A stretch of DNA of 64,000 nucleotides from Actinomycetota bacterium (GCA_016870575.1 VGBH01000002.1:20273-84272), one strand, 5' to 3'; positions 10,183 through 19,575 are shown, counted from the first letter of the stretch. Notes: generated from the sequence alone by a model not told the origin. Program-made: numbers and translations.

Positions 10183-11012
10183 GTGAAACTCACCTAAAGC
10201 CAGTTGGGCAAAAACTAAGTTTTGCCCTATACGTTAAAGATTTATGGCGCCGTAGATTTTTTATGATGTCATTCGCTCGCGCTAGAGTAGAGGGACAAAA
10301 TTCAAGCGCAGTACTTGGACAATTTTGGTTGCTGCTAACTCCGCTATTGACTGCAGCTGTTTATTACTTACTTTTTGGTGTGATTTTGGGAGTTTCGCGA
10401 GGAATTGAAAACTTTATTGCATTTTTGATTATTGGTGTGATGATGTTTAGATTCACTTCTAATAGCGCTAACGCTGGTGCGATGGCTATTTTGTCAAATA
10501 AAGGACTTATCAGATCACTGCATTTCCCACGAGCATTGCTTCCAATTTCCGCATCGCTGCAACAGCTTCTTCAATTTTTACCATCATTAGTTATTGTGTT
10601 AGTAGCAGTACTCGCTACCGGTGAGCCAATTCGAATCACTTGGCTGCTACTGATACCGATTATCGTTTTACAGTTTATTTTCAATACGGGATTAGCTTTT
10701 GTTTTAGCACGAATAGTTAATCGTGCTCGAGATTTAGCTAAGTTAAGTCCTTTTTTGATTCGAATGTGGGGATATCTAAGCGGAATATTCTTTAGCATTG
10801 AATTATCAAAAGAACGATTTCCAGATTTAATCGAACCCTTTTTAAGCTATAACCCGGCACACATATTTATGCAGCTTACAAGAAGTGCATTTATTGAATC
10901 AATAGAAGTCCCAATTAGTTATTGGGCTTGGGGTGCCGGCTGGGCAATCACAATATTTGTTCTTGGTTTTGTTTTCTTCTTTAAAGGGGAAGGCAAATAT
11001 GGCAGGGATTGA
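10179..11012 (+). CDS. ABC-2 type polysaccharide/teichoic-acid export permease (TagG/Wzm-like)
   Basis: 277 aa with multiple hydrophobic helices. Its TTG start overlaps the upstream stop (TTGA), and the cognate ATPase follows. Confidence 0.8.
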   Translation: MSETHLKPVGQKLSFALYVKDLWRRRFFMMSFARARVEGQNSSAVLGQFWLLLTPLLTAAVYYLLFGVILGVSRGIENFIAFLIIGVMMFRFTSNSANAGAMAILSNKGLIRSLHFPRALLPISASLQQLLQFLPSLVIVLVAVLATGEPIRITWLLLIPIIVLQFIFNTGLAFVLARIVNRARDLAKLSPFLIRMWGYLSGIFFSIELSKERFPDLIEPFLSYNPAHIFMQLTRSAFIESIEVPISYWAWGAGWAITIFVLGFVFFFKGEGKYGRD

Positions 11013-11760
11013 TAATCGAACTGTGGTAGTTGAAGACTTGCACGTTTACTATCGGATACGAACGAAGGTTAAGAGTAAGCAAATTCCAGCTAAGCGAACT
11101 ATTGTTGATAAAGCAATGCGGCGCACAAGAAAAGCTGCGGTAAAAGAGGTGCACGCGCTTAAGGGAATCAGTTTTACAACTAACCAAGGTGAAGCCGTTG
11201 CAATAATTGGCAGGAATGGTGCTGGAAAAAGCACTTTGCTTCGTGCGATTGCTGGTTTGATACCGGCTCGCTCTGGTTCAATACTAACTTCATCGCAGCC
11301 ATCATTATTGGGTGTTAATGCTGCGTTGATGAATCACTTATCTGGTCGAAGAAATATTGAGTTAGGTGGTTTGGCTCTGGGAATGACTCCTGCTGAAGTT
11401 GAAGAAAAGATGGATTCCATCATTGAATTTTCTGGATTAGGTGAGTTTATTGAGCTGCCATTGAGCACTTATTCAACTGGTATGGGTGCTCGGCTTAGAT
11501 TTGCGATTGCCTCTGCAGTTCCACAAGAAATCTTGATGATAGATGAGGCATTAGCAACGGGAGATGTTAACTTCAAAAAGAGATCTCAGGAGCGCATTGC
11601 TGAACTTAAATCTCATGCTGGCACGGTTTTTCTCGTCAGTCACTCACATTCAGTTATTCGTGAAACTTGCAATCGGGCAATTTGGTTGGATAAAGGAATA
11701 ATAATTGTAGATGGGCCGATGGCTGAAGTGCTAAATGCATACGAGGAAGCGACAACCTAG
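10999..11760 (+). CDS. ABC exporter ATP-binding protein (TagH/Wzt-like, nucleotide-binding domain only)
   Basis: I prefer ATG 10999, which follows AAGGGGAAGG. It has Walker A (GRNGAGKST), the signature LSTYSTGMGARL and Walker B (ILMIDEA). At 253 aa there is no C-terminal carbohydrate-binding extension. Confidence 0.85.
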   Translation: MAGIDNRTVVVEDLHVYYRIRTKVKSKQIPAKRTIVDKAMRRTRKAAVKEVHALKGISFTTNQGEAVAIIGRNGAGKSTLLRAIAGLIPARSGSILTSSQPSLLGVNAALMNHLSGRRNIELGGLALGMTPAEVEEKMDSIIEFSGLGEFIELPLSTYSTGMGARLRFAIASAVPQEILMIDEALATGDVNFKKRSQERIAELKSHAGTVFLVSHSHSVIRETCNRAIWLDKGIIIVDGPMAEVLNAYEEATT

Positions 11761-11762
11761 AA

Positions 11763-12845
11763 ATGCGGATTTTGGTGGTAACTGTGGTGCATCGTCCAGA
11801 AGATGCACGCATCTACTTCCGCGAAATTAATGCGCTTTTAAACCGTGGTCATCAGGTAAGTTTTGCTGCTGCCTTCGACTCCTTTCCAGTAAATGAGCTT
11901 GATAGTCGAATTGAATTAATCACTATCACACGCAGCAGTGGGCGTAAACGAATCAAATCATTACTGGATGCTCGAAGGATACTCAAATCTAGATCTATTG
12001 ATTTTGATTTAGTGTTAATTCACGATCCAGAATTGCTGTTCGTTGCTAGCGCAAGTCAAGTTCCCGTTGTTTGGGATGTGCATGAGGATACGGTCGCTGC
12101 AATCTCAGGAAGAGATTGGATTCCTAATTTCTTGAAGCGGCCGCTTAAGAAGCTAATCCAAAAACTTGAAACGAATGCTGAAAAAAAGTACTCACTTATA
12201 TTGGCTGAAACAGATTATCAACAGCGCTTTAGAAAAGTGCACACAATCGTGCCAAATACCGTTGAAATCAAACCATATATTGAAACCCACCCTGATAAAT
12301 CAGTCATTTATCTTGGCAGCATTACTAGTCTGCGTGGCGCGGAAGTGCTACTTAAGGTAGCCGAGTTAATCAAGCCAAATGGAATCAAGTTAGAACTAGT
12401 GGGTGATTGCCCTGAGCCTGAGTTAAAGAATAAAATTGAACAGGCACAAACTGGCGGAAATGTAATTTGGCATGGATTTGTGCCTAATGAGCAGGCAAGA
12501 GAGTTATTAGTTGGCAAACTAGCAGGACTATCGCTATTACGAAAGCATCCAAATTATTTAGTCAGCCAGCCTACAAAAATCTATGAATATCAGGCAGCTG
12601 GAATTCCAGTAATTACCACTGCACTTCCCCATGCAGAGAACCTCATTAACTTATCCCAATCTGGATTTGTAGTCGAATTTGATGACGCTGAATCTGTCGC
12701 TGAAAGAATAATTGAACTTGCTGCAGATCGCAGTTTATGGCAAAAATTAGGCAAGAACGGCCACCAATATGTAATGCAACATCACAACTGGAATGTTGAT
12801 CAAAACAAATTTATTGCTGCTCTCGAAGCCGCTTTGGTGAAGTAA
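11763..12845 (+). CDS. glycosyltransferase family 4
   Basis: 360 aa. The MRILVVTVVH N-domain and PTKIYEYQAAGIPVITT indicate a GT-B C-domain. Confidence 0.75.
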   Translation: MRILVVTVVHRPEDARIYFREINALLNRGHQVSFAAAFDSFPVNELDSRIELITITRSSGRKRIKSLLDARRILKSRSIDFDLVLIHDPELLFVASASQVPVVWDVHEDTVAAISGRDWIPNFLKRPLKKLIQKLETNAEKKYSLILAETDYQQRFRKVHTIVPNTVEIKPYIETHPDKSVIYLGSITSLRGAEVLLKVAELIKPNGIKLELVGDCPEPELKNKIEQAQTGGNVIWHGFVPNEQARELLVGKLAGLSLLRKHPNYLVSQPTKIYEYQAAGIPVITTALPHAENLINLSQSGFVVEFDDAESVAERIIELAADRSLWQKLGKNGHQYVMQHHNWNVDQNKFIAALEAALVK

Positions 12846-13815
12846 GAAATCCGTATCCCCAACATAAGTGCATCACTAAAATCACAATTGGTTGCCAGAA
12901 TAAACTCTTGAGCTTTCCTTTATTTACAATCAGAACTGATCCAACCACCACTAAAATCAAATATCCAGCAGGTGGAATGAAAAATATCCAGTACCAAGAA
13001 ACTGACGATAGTGCAGTAACTAGGAGTAAAATTTTGGACAATACCAAAGTAGCAAGCGTCAATGGTGGTGCCAAGTATCTCAATGACTTAGTTTCTGGAT
13101 AAGTTCTAGTAACTTCTCTTCGCCATCTTCCGTATTCAAAATATTGTCGCGCCAATTTTGAGAGAGTGGATCTTGGTTGATAGCCAACTTCTAGTCTTGG
13201 GTCAAACCAAATCTTGCCGCCAGTTTTTCTAATTCGATAATTCATCTCCCAATCTTGAGCACGCAAAAAAGTCTCGTCATAGCCGCCAACTCGAATTAGT
13301 GCAGATCGCCTAAACACCCCTAGATAAACAGTATTTACTTCTCCTGCAACGCCACCAGTGTGAAAGCGCGCTGGGCCAACGCCAAAGGCACTTCGCATAG
13401 CAGATGCAACAGCAACTTCAAAATTTGTTTTTCCTTTTGCAGCCATAACTCCACCAACCACATCGGCACCAGTTTCGGTAAGTACCGCTACCGCTGTTGA
13501 AATGTAATTACTAGGTAATAGTGAATGTCCATCTACTCGGACGATAACGTCATATTTTGCATCTTTAATTGCGTTATTCAAGCCACTGGGTGTTTTGCCA
13601 ATTGGATTATCAACTAATTTCACCCGAGAGTCTTGCTGTGCAATCTTCGCTGCTATCTCATTAGTGTTATCTGTGGATGGGCCAAGCGCCAAAATCACTT
13701 CCAGCGGCCCAATTACTTCTTGACTTAGTATTTGATCAAGTGCGCCTTGCATGTAGCGCGCTTCATTCAAAACGGGCATCACCACACTAACTCCAACTAG
13801 CGGCCCTGTGTTCAT
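12811..13815 (-). CDS. glycosyltransferase family 2 with a C-terminal membrane anchor
   Basis: The ORF track starts at 13848; I prefer ATG 13815 (MNTGPLVGVSVVMPVLNE...), which follows an AAGG. It has a GT-A N-terminus and 3-4 hydrophobic helices at the C-terminus. Confidence 0.75.
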   Translation of the reverse strand: MNTGPLVGVSVVMPVLNEARYMQGALDQILSQEVIGPLEVILALGPSTDNTNEIAAKIAQQDSRVKLVDNPIGKTPSGLNNAIKDAKYDVIVRVDGHSLLPSNYISTAVAVLTETGADVVGGVMAAKGKTNFEVAVASAMRSAFGVGPARFHTGGVAGEVNTVYLGVFRRSALIRVGGYDETFLRAQDWEMNYRIRKTGGKIWFDPRLEVGYQPRSTLSKLARQYFEYGRWRREVTRTYPETKSLRYLAPPLTLATLVLSKILLLVTALSSVSWYWIFFIPPAGYLILVVVGSVLIVNKGKLKSLFWQPIVILVMHLCWGYGFLTSPKRLREQQ

Positions 13816-13868
13816 AGCCTTAAACCTTAGCGGTGAGAGAATGGGCACTTAGACAAGAAGGGTGCTTG

Positions 13869-14966
13869 GTGTCGACTAAACCACAATTAGTGCTGCACAT
13901 TGGAACGATGAAGTCAGGCACTACTTACCTTCAAAATGGCTTGCTCAGCCGAACTGAAGAATTGGAATCAACTAATTGGCTTTACCCGATGAAATTTGCG
14001 CCAGCTAGAGGTGCGATTAATCACGAGCGGGCTTGCTACGGCCTAGTTGGCAATCACATTCCTTGGGTTGATGCAACCACGCAGAAGCAGATGCAGCCAT
14101 TGTGGGAAAAATTAAGTAACGAGATATCTAACACAAATCAAAACGTCTTACTTTCTGCGGAAGCGCTAGCTGCAATGTTGGAAGATGGCATAGAGTTACT
14201 TCTAGAATCACTTCCAGAGCGCGATATTAGAATAGTGATAACTGCTCGAGATTTAGCCCGAGTTCTGCCATCTTCTTGGCAACAAAGTGTCCGAAATGGT
14301 CGACCATTTGGATATCAAGAATATTTTGAGCGCATTAAGCGGGCAGCAGAACTGCCAGTTCGTGAATCGGTGGGAAGTAATTTTTGGCGCAGTTACAACT
14401 TGACTGAAGTGATTAATCGTTGGCAAAAATTTTTTGATTTAGGAAAAATTACTTTCGTTACTGTGCCACAGTCACAAAACTCTGATTCACTTTGGAAGAG
14501 ATTCATAACTGCAATTAATTTACCAATTGATCCTGCTGAGCCAAAATTTAATGATAAACAAGCTCACACTGCGATTACTTGGCCAGAGGCGGAAGTACTA
14601 AATGAATTAAATCAGAAATGGGCTAAACAACTAAAAACGAAGAAGAATCGTAATCAAATTCGTCGCCGAATCGTGCAAGAGGGATTCCAAGCTAGAAGCG
14701 AACGAGGACGAACAATTGGACTTACGCAAGCGTGGTTGGAATTTGCTCACAGTTGGGCAGACCAGGATGTAGCAGGTTTAGTTGAGTTAGGAGTACGAAT
14801 TCACGGGGATATAAATGATTTACGAGTTGATCCACAATTGCTTCCAGTTGAACCCTGCTCTGCTGCTGAAATTGCTGAGGCTCGTGCGGTCGCTGATAGG
14901 TTCCTTAATCGAATCAGAATGCAGTCAGTTGCCAATCTCTTCGGCATCACTAAACGCCATCGCTAG
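13869..14966 (+). CDS. PAPS-dependent sulfotransferase-like protein (cytoplasmic, acceptor unknown)
   Basis: The ORF track starts at 13833; I prefer GTG 13869, which follows AGAAGGG. HIGTMKSGTTYLQ resembles the sulfotransferase 5'-phosphosulfate-binding loop (PKxGTT). ITARDLARVLPSSW resembles the 3'-phosphate-binding RxxxxxxS element. No signal peptide or TM helix is visible. Confidence 0.6.
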   Translation: MSTKPQLVLHIGTMKSGTTYLQNGLLSRTEELESTNWLYPMKFAPARGAINHERACYGLVGNHIPWVDATTQKQMQPLWEKLSNEISNTNQNVLLSAEALAAMLEDGIELLLESLPERDIRIVITARDLARVLPSSWQQSVRNGRPFGYQEYFERIKRAAELPVRESVGSNFWRSYNLTEVINRWQKFFDLGKITFVTVPQSQNSDSLWKRFITAINLPIDPAEPKFNDKQAHTAITWPEAEVLNELNQKWAKQLKTKKNRNQIRRRIVQEGFQARSERGRTIGLTQAWLEFAHSWADQDVAGLVELGVRIHGDINDLRVDPQLLPVEPCSAAEIAEARAVADRFLNRIRMQSVANLFGITKRHR

Positions 14967-15013
14967 GGTAGATTTGGGCTAAGAAAATCTCAGAATAGGT
15001 TAGTGAATCGGTA

Positions 15014-16318
15014 ATGCAAATTGCAGTGGTTGGTTGCGGGTACTTAGGAGCAGTACTTTCCGCAGTCCTGGCTGAACAAGGTAATAGCGTCATTGGACTT
15101 GATGTTGATGATATGAGAGTTTCTCAACTAAATTCTGGGATTGCACCATTTTATGAACCTGAATTTGATTCAGTACTCCAGCAATCCATTTCATCTGGAA
15201 GATTAAGTTTCACTACTAACGCAGAAAAGATTTCTGATGCCGAAATCGTATTTATCTGCGTTGGCACTCCACAGAGCCAAAACACAAATGCGGCTGATTT
15301 GTCTCAACTTTGGGCAGCGGCCGATGCAATCGCACCCCACTTAGCACCAAATGCGATCGTTGTTGGTAGGTCCACTGTTCCAGTTGGAACTGCTGCAAAA
15401 CTAGAAAGTCGCATAAACAAGAAGTCAGGCCGAAAATACTCCATCGTTTGGAATCCAGAGTTTCTGCGAGAAGGATTAGCAATTGGGGATACTAGAACGC
15501 CAGATAGAATTGTAATTGGAACAAACAATGATTTCGCTGAAAATAAATTGCGGGAACTATATGCACCACAGTTAGCAAAGCAAATTCCAATGCTGGTGTT
15601 AGATGTTCCAACCGCAGAGTTAGTTAAAGTTTCCGCAAATGCTTTTCTAGCTACAAAAATATCCTTCATAAATGCTATTGCAGAAGTTGCTGATCTTACG
15701 GGTGCAGATATTGTGCAGTTAGCTGATGCTATTGGTTTAGATTCACGAATTGGAAGAAAATTCTTAGCTGCCGGAGTTGGTTTTGGTGGCGGATGTTTAC
15801 CTAAAGACATTAGAGCATTTATTGCCAGTAGTAATGAATTGGGATCTGAATCCATAAATCGACTGCTTAGCGAAGTTGATCAAATTAACTTGGGCCAGCG
15901 AGACAGGGTTGTAAACCTGGCGCGAGAAATTTTGGGTGAAGTTAAAGGAAAGAAGATTGCAGTTTTAGGGGCTGCTTTCAAACCAAATAGTGATGATGTC
16001 CGTGACTCCCCTGCTCTAGAAGTAGCGCATATGCTCCATCGGCTTAGTGCACTGGTTTTCGTTCATGACCCCAAGGCTCTGATAAATGCGAGAGCGAAAT
16101 TCCCAGATTTGAACTATCAAACCGACCTGAATCAAGTCTTTAAGGATTGTGATTTAGTATTGCATCTGACCGAATGGCAGCAATACCGAGATTTAGACCC
16201 CGATCAGCTACGAACCTTAGTTGACAAACCGTTCATTATTGATGGGCGGAATGTGCTTGATTTTGCAGCTTGGCGAAATGCTGGGTGGCAAATAACAGGA
16301 CTTGGCAAAAGGGATTGA
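15014..16318 (+). CDS. ugd: UDP-glucose 6-dehydrogenase
   Basis: 434 aa with a Rossmann motif ([10 protein letters not shown]), catalytic Cys in [10 protein letters not shown], and [14 protein letters not shown]. Confidence 0.85.
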   Translation: MQIAVVGCGYLGAVLSAVLAEQGNSVIGLDVDDMRVSQLNSGIAPFYEPEFDSVLQQSISSGRLSFTTNAEKISDAEIVFICVGTPQSQNTNAADLSQLWAAADAIAPHLAPNAIVVGRSTVPVGTAAKLESRINKKSGRKYSIVWNPEFLREGLAIGDTRTPDRIVIGTNNDFAENKLRELYAPQLAKQIPMLVLDVPTAELVKVSANAFLATKISFINAIAEVADLTGADIVQLADAIGLDSRIGRKFLAAGVGFGGGCLPKDIRAFIASSNELGSESINRLLSEVDQINLGQRDRVVNLAREILGEVKGKKIAVLGAAFKPNSDDVRDSPALEVAHMLHRLSALVFVHDPKALINARAKFPDLNYQTDLNQVFKDCDLVLHLTEWQQYRDLDPDQLRTLVDKPFIIDGRNVLDFAAWRNAGWQITGLGKRD

Positions 16319-17235
16319 TGAGTAGTCTGAAAATTAGCACCGATCAGGTGCTTGCAGCTCTTGAGGCTGAAGCAATTGGCATCTTGCGAGAAACTGCTGG
16401 AGCATTTAAGAATCCAGTGTTGATGTATTCAATTGGCAAAGATTCAAGTGTTTTGCTCGAATTAGCACGCAAGGCGTTCGCGCCAGCACCAATTCCATTT
16501 ACATTTCTGCATATTGATACCACATTTAAATTCCGAGAAATGATTGAATTTAGAGATGCACGAGCACGGGAGTTTGGACTTAATCTAATAGTGCACACAA
16601 ATCCCGAGGGTGCAAATGGCGAAGTTACCGCTTGGACTCATGGTGCTCAGGAATACACCAGAATTATGAAAACAGTTGCACTTAGGCAAGCACTAGATGC
16701 TGGTGGATATGACGCCGCTATTGGTGGTGCTAGGCGAGATGAGGAACGATCGCGCTCTAAAGAACGAATATTCAGTCTGCGCGAATCAGGGCATCGTTGG
16801 GAGCCTCGAAACCAGCGCCCTGAAATGTGGCGCACACGCAACACTTCACTAAGTGATGGACAAACTATGCGAGTTTTTCCACTTAGCAATTGGACGGAAA
16901 TTGATGTTTGGCGCTACATAAAGCGAGAGAACATCGAGATAGTCCCTCTGTATTATGCAAAACCAAGGCGCAGTGTGATTAGAGATAATCAAATTATTGT
17001 TTTGGATGATGATCGAATGCCTTTACTAGAAGGTGAAGTTCCGCAAGATCGAATGGTTCGATTTAGATCACTTGGATGCTATCCGGTTTCAGCAGCCATT
17101 GAATCAACAGCAACAACTATGGATGAATTAGTTGCAGAAATGGAAGCAACCAGAGTAAGTGAGCGCGCTGGACGATTAATTGACGGCGACCGTGAGGCTT
17201 CTATGGAAGCTAAGAAAACTGAAGGTTATTTCTAA
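16318..17235 (+). CDS. cysD: sulfate adenylyltransferase subunit 2
   Basis: ATG 16318 overlaps the ugd stop (TGATG). [11 protein letters not shown] and [18 protein letters not shown] are typical CysD. Confidence 0.9.
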   Translation: MSSLKISTDQVLAALEAEAIGILRETAGAFKNPVLMYSIGKDSSVLLELARKAFAPAPIPFTFLHIDTTFKFREMIEFRDARAREFGLNLIVHTNPEGANGEVTAWTHGAQEYTRIMKTVALRQALDAGGYDAAIGGARRDEERSRSKERIFSLRESGHRWEPRNQRPEMWRTRNTSLSDGQTMRVFPLSNWTEIDVWRYIKRENIEIVPLYYAKPRRSVIRDNQIIVLDDDRMPLLEGEVPQDRMVRFRSLGCYPVSAAIESTATTMDELVAEMEATRVSERAGRLIDGDREASMEAKKTEGYF

Positions 17236-19073
17236 TGTCTAATTCAGTTGCACCATTATTGCGAGTGGTCACGTGTGGATCAGTTGATGATGGAAAAAGC
17301 ACGCTAATTGGAAGATTACTTGTTGAAACAGACTCAGTTCCACTAGATGAGGTTGATCGAGCAAGAACTTATCGGCGTGCCGGATCAATAATTCCAATTG
17401 GTGAAGTTGATTATTCGTTGTTAACTGATGGATTAGAAGCTGAGCGCGAACAAGGAATAACTATTGATGTCGCATATCGACATCTATTGCTTCCATCTGG
17501 TCGAAGAGTCATATTGGCAGATGGACCCGGTCATGAGCAATACACCCGCAATATGGCGGTAGCTGCATCGGATGCTGATGTTGCTTTACTACTAGTTGAT
17601 GCAACCAAAGGTGTGCGAGATCAAACGATGCGTCATCTCACCGTATGTGCACTAATGGGAGTGGGAACTGTAATTGCCGTAGTTAATAAACTTGATGCAA
17701 AGAACTTTGATAAAGCTGTTTTTGATGATTTAACAGAAAAATTATTAGCAGCAGCAAATCGACTTGGAATAAAGGGACTTATGATTATTCCAGTAAGTGC
17801 ATTGCTTGGTGACAACGTTATCGAACAAAGCAATAACACTCCATGGTATTCAGGTGCAACGATTCTTGGCGCACTTCAGCAATGGCAACCAAGCAAAAAT
17901 GAATCAGAGAATGAGCTTCGTCTGCCAATCCAAACAATTCTTCGTGCCGATGATTGGCGCGGATATGGTGGCACGTTAGTTAGTGGCCAGTTAAAACTTG
18001 GCGATAGTTTTATGGTTTTACAGTCTGGAAAACAGGCAAAAGTTGCTCAGCTATTCGTAAACGGCGTACCGAGCACTGAAGCCACTGCTGGCCAAGCAGT
18101 GGCAATAAAGCCTGATGTCGAGATTGATATTTCAAGAGGTGATGTACTTTGCAACCCAGATAAGCAGTTGCAACCAGCAGATCGTTTTTCAGCAGATTTA
18201 GTTTGGATAGGTGAAGAACCGCTCGCGCATGGTCGCTCCTACTTACTTATATCTGGACCAGCATCAGTAAATGCGACCGTTACTACCATCCGACACAAAC
18301 TTGACGTTAATACCGGCCATGAAGATGCTGCACGAGTTCTAAAGTTGAATGAAATTGGCAGAGTCACAATTGCTACTGAAAAACCAATACCGATGGATCT
18401 TTATCAAAATGTTCGCGACACTGGTGGCTTTTTATTAGTAGATCGAGTCACCAAACACACGGTTGCAGCAGGTATGGTGCACCACGTATTGCGTCGATCA
18501 TTCAATGTTGTTCCACATGAATTTGAAATTGATAAGCAAGCAAGAGGACGCCTAAAAGCACAAACACCCAAGGTAATTTGGTTAACTGGATTGCCGGGAT
18601 CAGGTAAATCAACTTTAGCAAATGAAGTAGAGCGAAGACTTTATGCAGCAGGAGTGCACACATACCTGCTAGATGGCGACAATGTTCGAACGGGACTAAA
18701 TAAAGATCTTGGTTTCACCGCAACAGATCGTGCTGAGAATGTGCGCCGAGTAGGCGAAGTTGCCAAACTTATGGTTGATGCTGGATTAATTGTTTTGGTC
18801 AGCTTGGTTTCACCATTTAGAAGCGATCGGGATGCGGTTAAGGATTTGTTCGAAGATGGTGAGTTTGTTGAAGTCTTTGTTGATACTCCAGTTGAAATCT
18901 GTGCTCAGCGAGATCCAAAGGGTCTGTATGCAAAAGCTCAAGCAGGCAATCTACCAAACATGACTGGAATGGGGCAAAATTATGAAGCTCCCCTTAAGCC
19001 TGATTTAGTAATTGATGGCACAGCTGAGTTAGTTCTGAGTGCAGAAAAAGTAATCACAAAAATTATGGCTTAA
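17235..19073 (+). CDS. cysNC: bifunctional sulfate adenylyltransferase subunit 1 / adenylylsulfate (APS) kinase
   Basis: 612 aa. The N-terminal GTPase has the G1 motif [15 protein letters not shown]. The C-terminal APS kinase P-loop is [13 protein letters not shown]. The start overlaps the cysD stop (TAATG). Confidence 0.9.
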   Translation: MSNSVAPLLRVVTCGSVDDGKSTLIGRLLVETDSVPLDEVDRARTYRRAGSIIPIGEVDYSLLTDGLEAEREQGITIDVAYRHLLLPSGRRVILADGPGHEQYTRNMAVAASDADVALLLVDATKGVRDQTMRHLTVCALMGVGTVIAVVNKLDAKNFDKAVFDDLTEKLLAAANRLGIKGLMIIPVSALLGDNVIEQSNNTPWYSGATILGALQQWQPSKNESENELRLPIQTILRADDWRGYGGTLVSGQLKLGDSFMVLQSGKQAKVAQLFVNGVPSTEATAGQAVAIKPDVEIDISRGDVLCNPDKQLQPADRFSADLVWIGEEPLAHGRSYLLISGPASVNATVTTIRHKLDVNTGHEDAARVLKLNEIGRVTIATEKPIPMDLYQNVRDTGGFLLVDRVTKHTVAAGMVHHVLRRSFNVVPHEFEIDKQARGRLKAQTPKVIWLTGLPGSGKSTLANEVERRLYAAGVHTYLLDGDNVRTGLNKDLGFTATDRAENVRRVGEVAKLMVDAGLIVLVSLVSPFRSDRDAVKDLFEDGEFVEVFVDTPVEICAQRDPKGLYAKAQAGNLPNMTGMGQNYEAPLKPDLVIDGTAELVLSAEKVITKIMA

Positions 19074-19575
19074 GTTGTTGCTTTATCTTATTTTGTAATT
19101 CAGTATTTTTTGTAACCACCAAATCCTTAAGACTTTCTCGATAATCATCTAATTTCTTAGTTAGGACCTCATCAGTTACTGCCAAAATCCTTAGCGCTAA
19201 CAATCCAGCATTTTTTGCACCATTAATGGCAACTGTGGCAACGGGAATTCCAGCTGGCATTTGCACGACGCTTAGTAATGAGTCCAAGCCATCTAGATTT
19301 GCTAGCGCTACCGGTACACCAATAACTGGCAAACTTGTAGCAGATGCAATCATTCCGGGTAAATGCGCTGCGCCTCCAGCGCCTGCAATTATTACTTGAT
19401 AGCCAGATTCGACAGCGTTTTTAGCAAACTGAAGCATTTCTTCAGGGGTTCGGTGAGCCGAGATAACTGAAACGTCTACCTGCACGCCGAATTCATTCAA
19501 TATCTTTACGGCTGGCTCTAGTGTTGGCCAATCTGAATCGGAACCCATCACTATTGCTACTTTTGTTGCAGCCAT
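19063..19575 (-). CDS. purE: N5-carboxyaminoimidazole ribonucleotide mutase
   Basis: 170 aa with [12 protein letters not shown] and GGAAHLPGM. Confidence 0.9.
   Translation of the reverse strand: MAATKVAIVMGSDSDWPTLEPAVKILNEFGVQVDVSVISAHRTPEEMLQFAKNAVESGYQVIIAGAGGAAHLPGMIASATSLPVIGVPVALANLDGLDSLLSVVQMPAGIPVATVAINGAKNAGLLALRILAVTDEVLTKKLDDYRESLKDLVVTKNTELQNKIKQQLKP

Noticed and set aside
13833-13868. ORF-track GTG start for the sulfotransferase-like gene, which overlaps the divergent GT2 gene.
   Set aside because: Divergent coding overlap is unlikely. GTG 13869 has a better upstream purine-rich site, and the GT2 gene probably starts at 13815.
15304-15855. Long antisense ORFs inside well-supported genes: 15304-15855 (183 aa), 54776-55219 (147 aa), 58951-59361 (136 aa), 39767-40168 (133 aa), 43861-44265 (134 aa), 1751-2200 (149 aa) and many of 60-120 aa.
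   Set aside because: These are shadow frames opposite genes with clear family motifs. Their translations are low-complexity (Ser/Ala/Pro/Arg-rich) with no recognisable domains.
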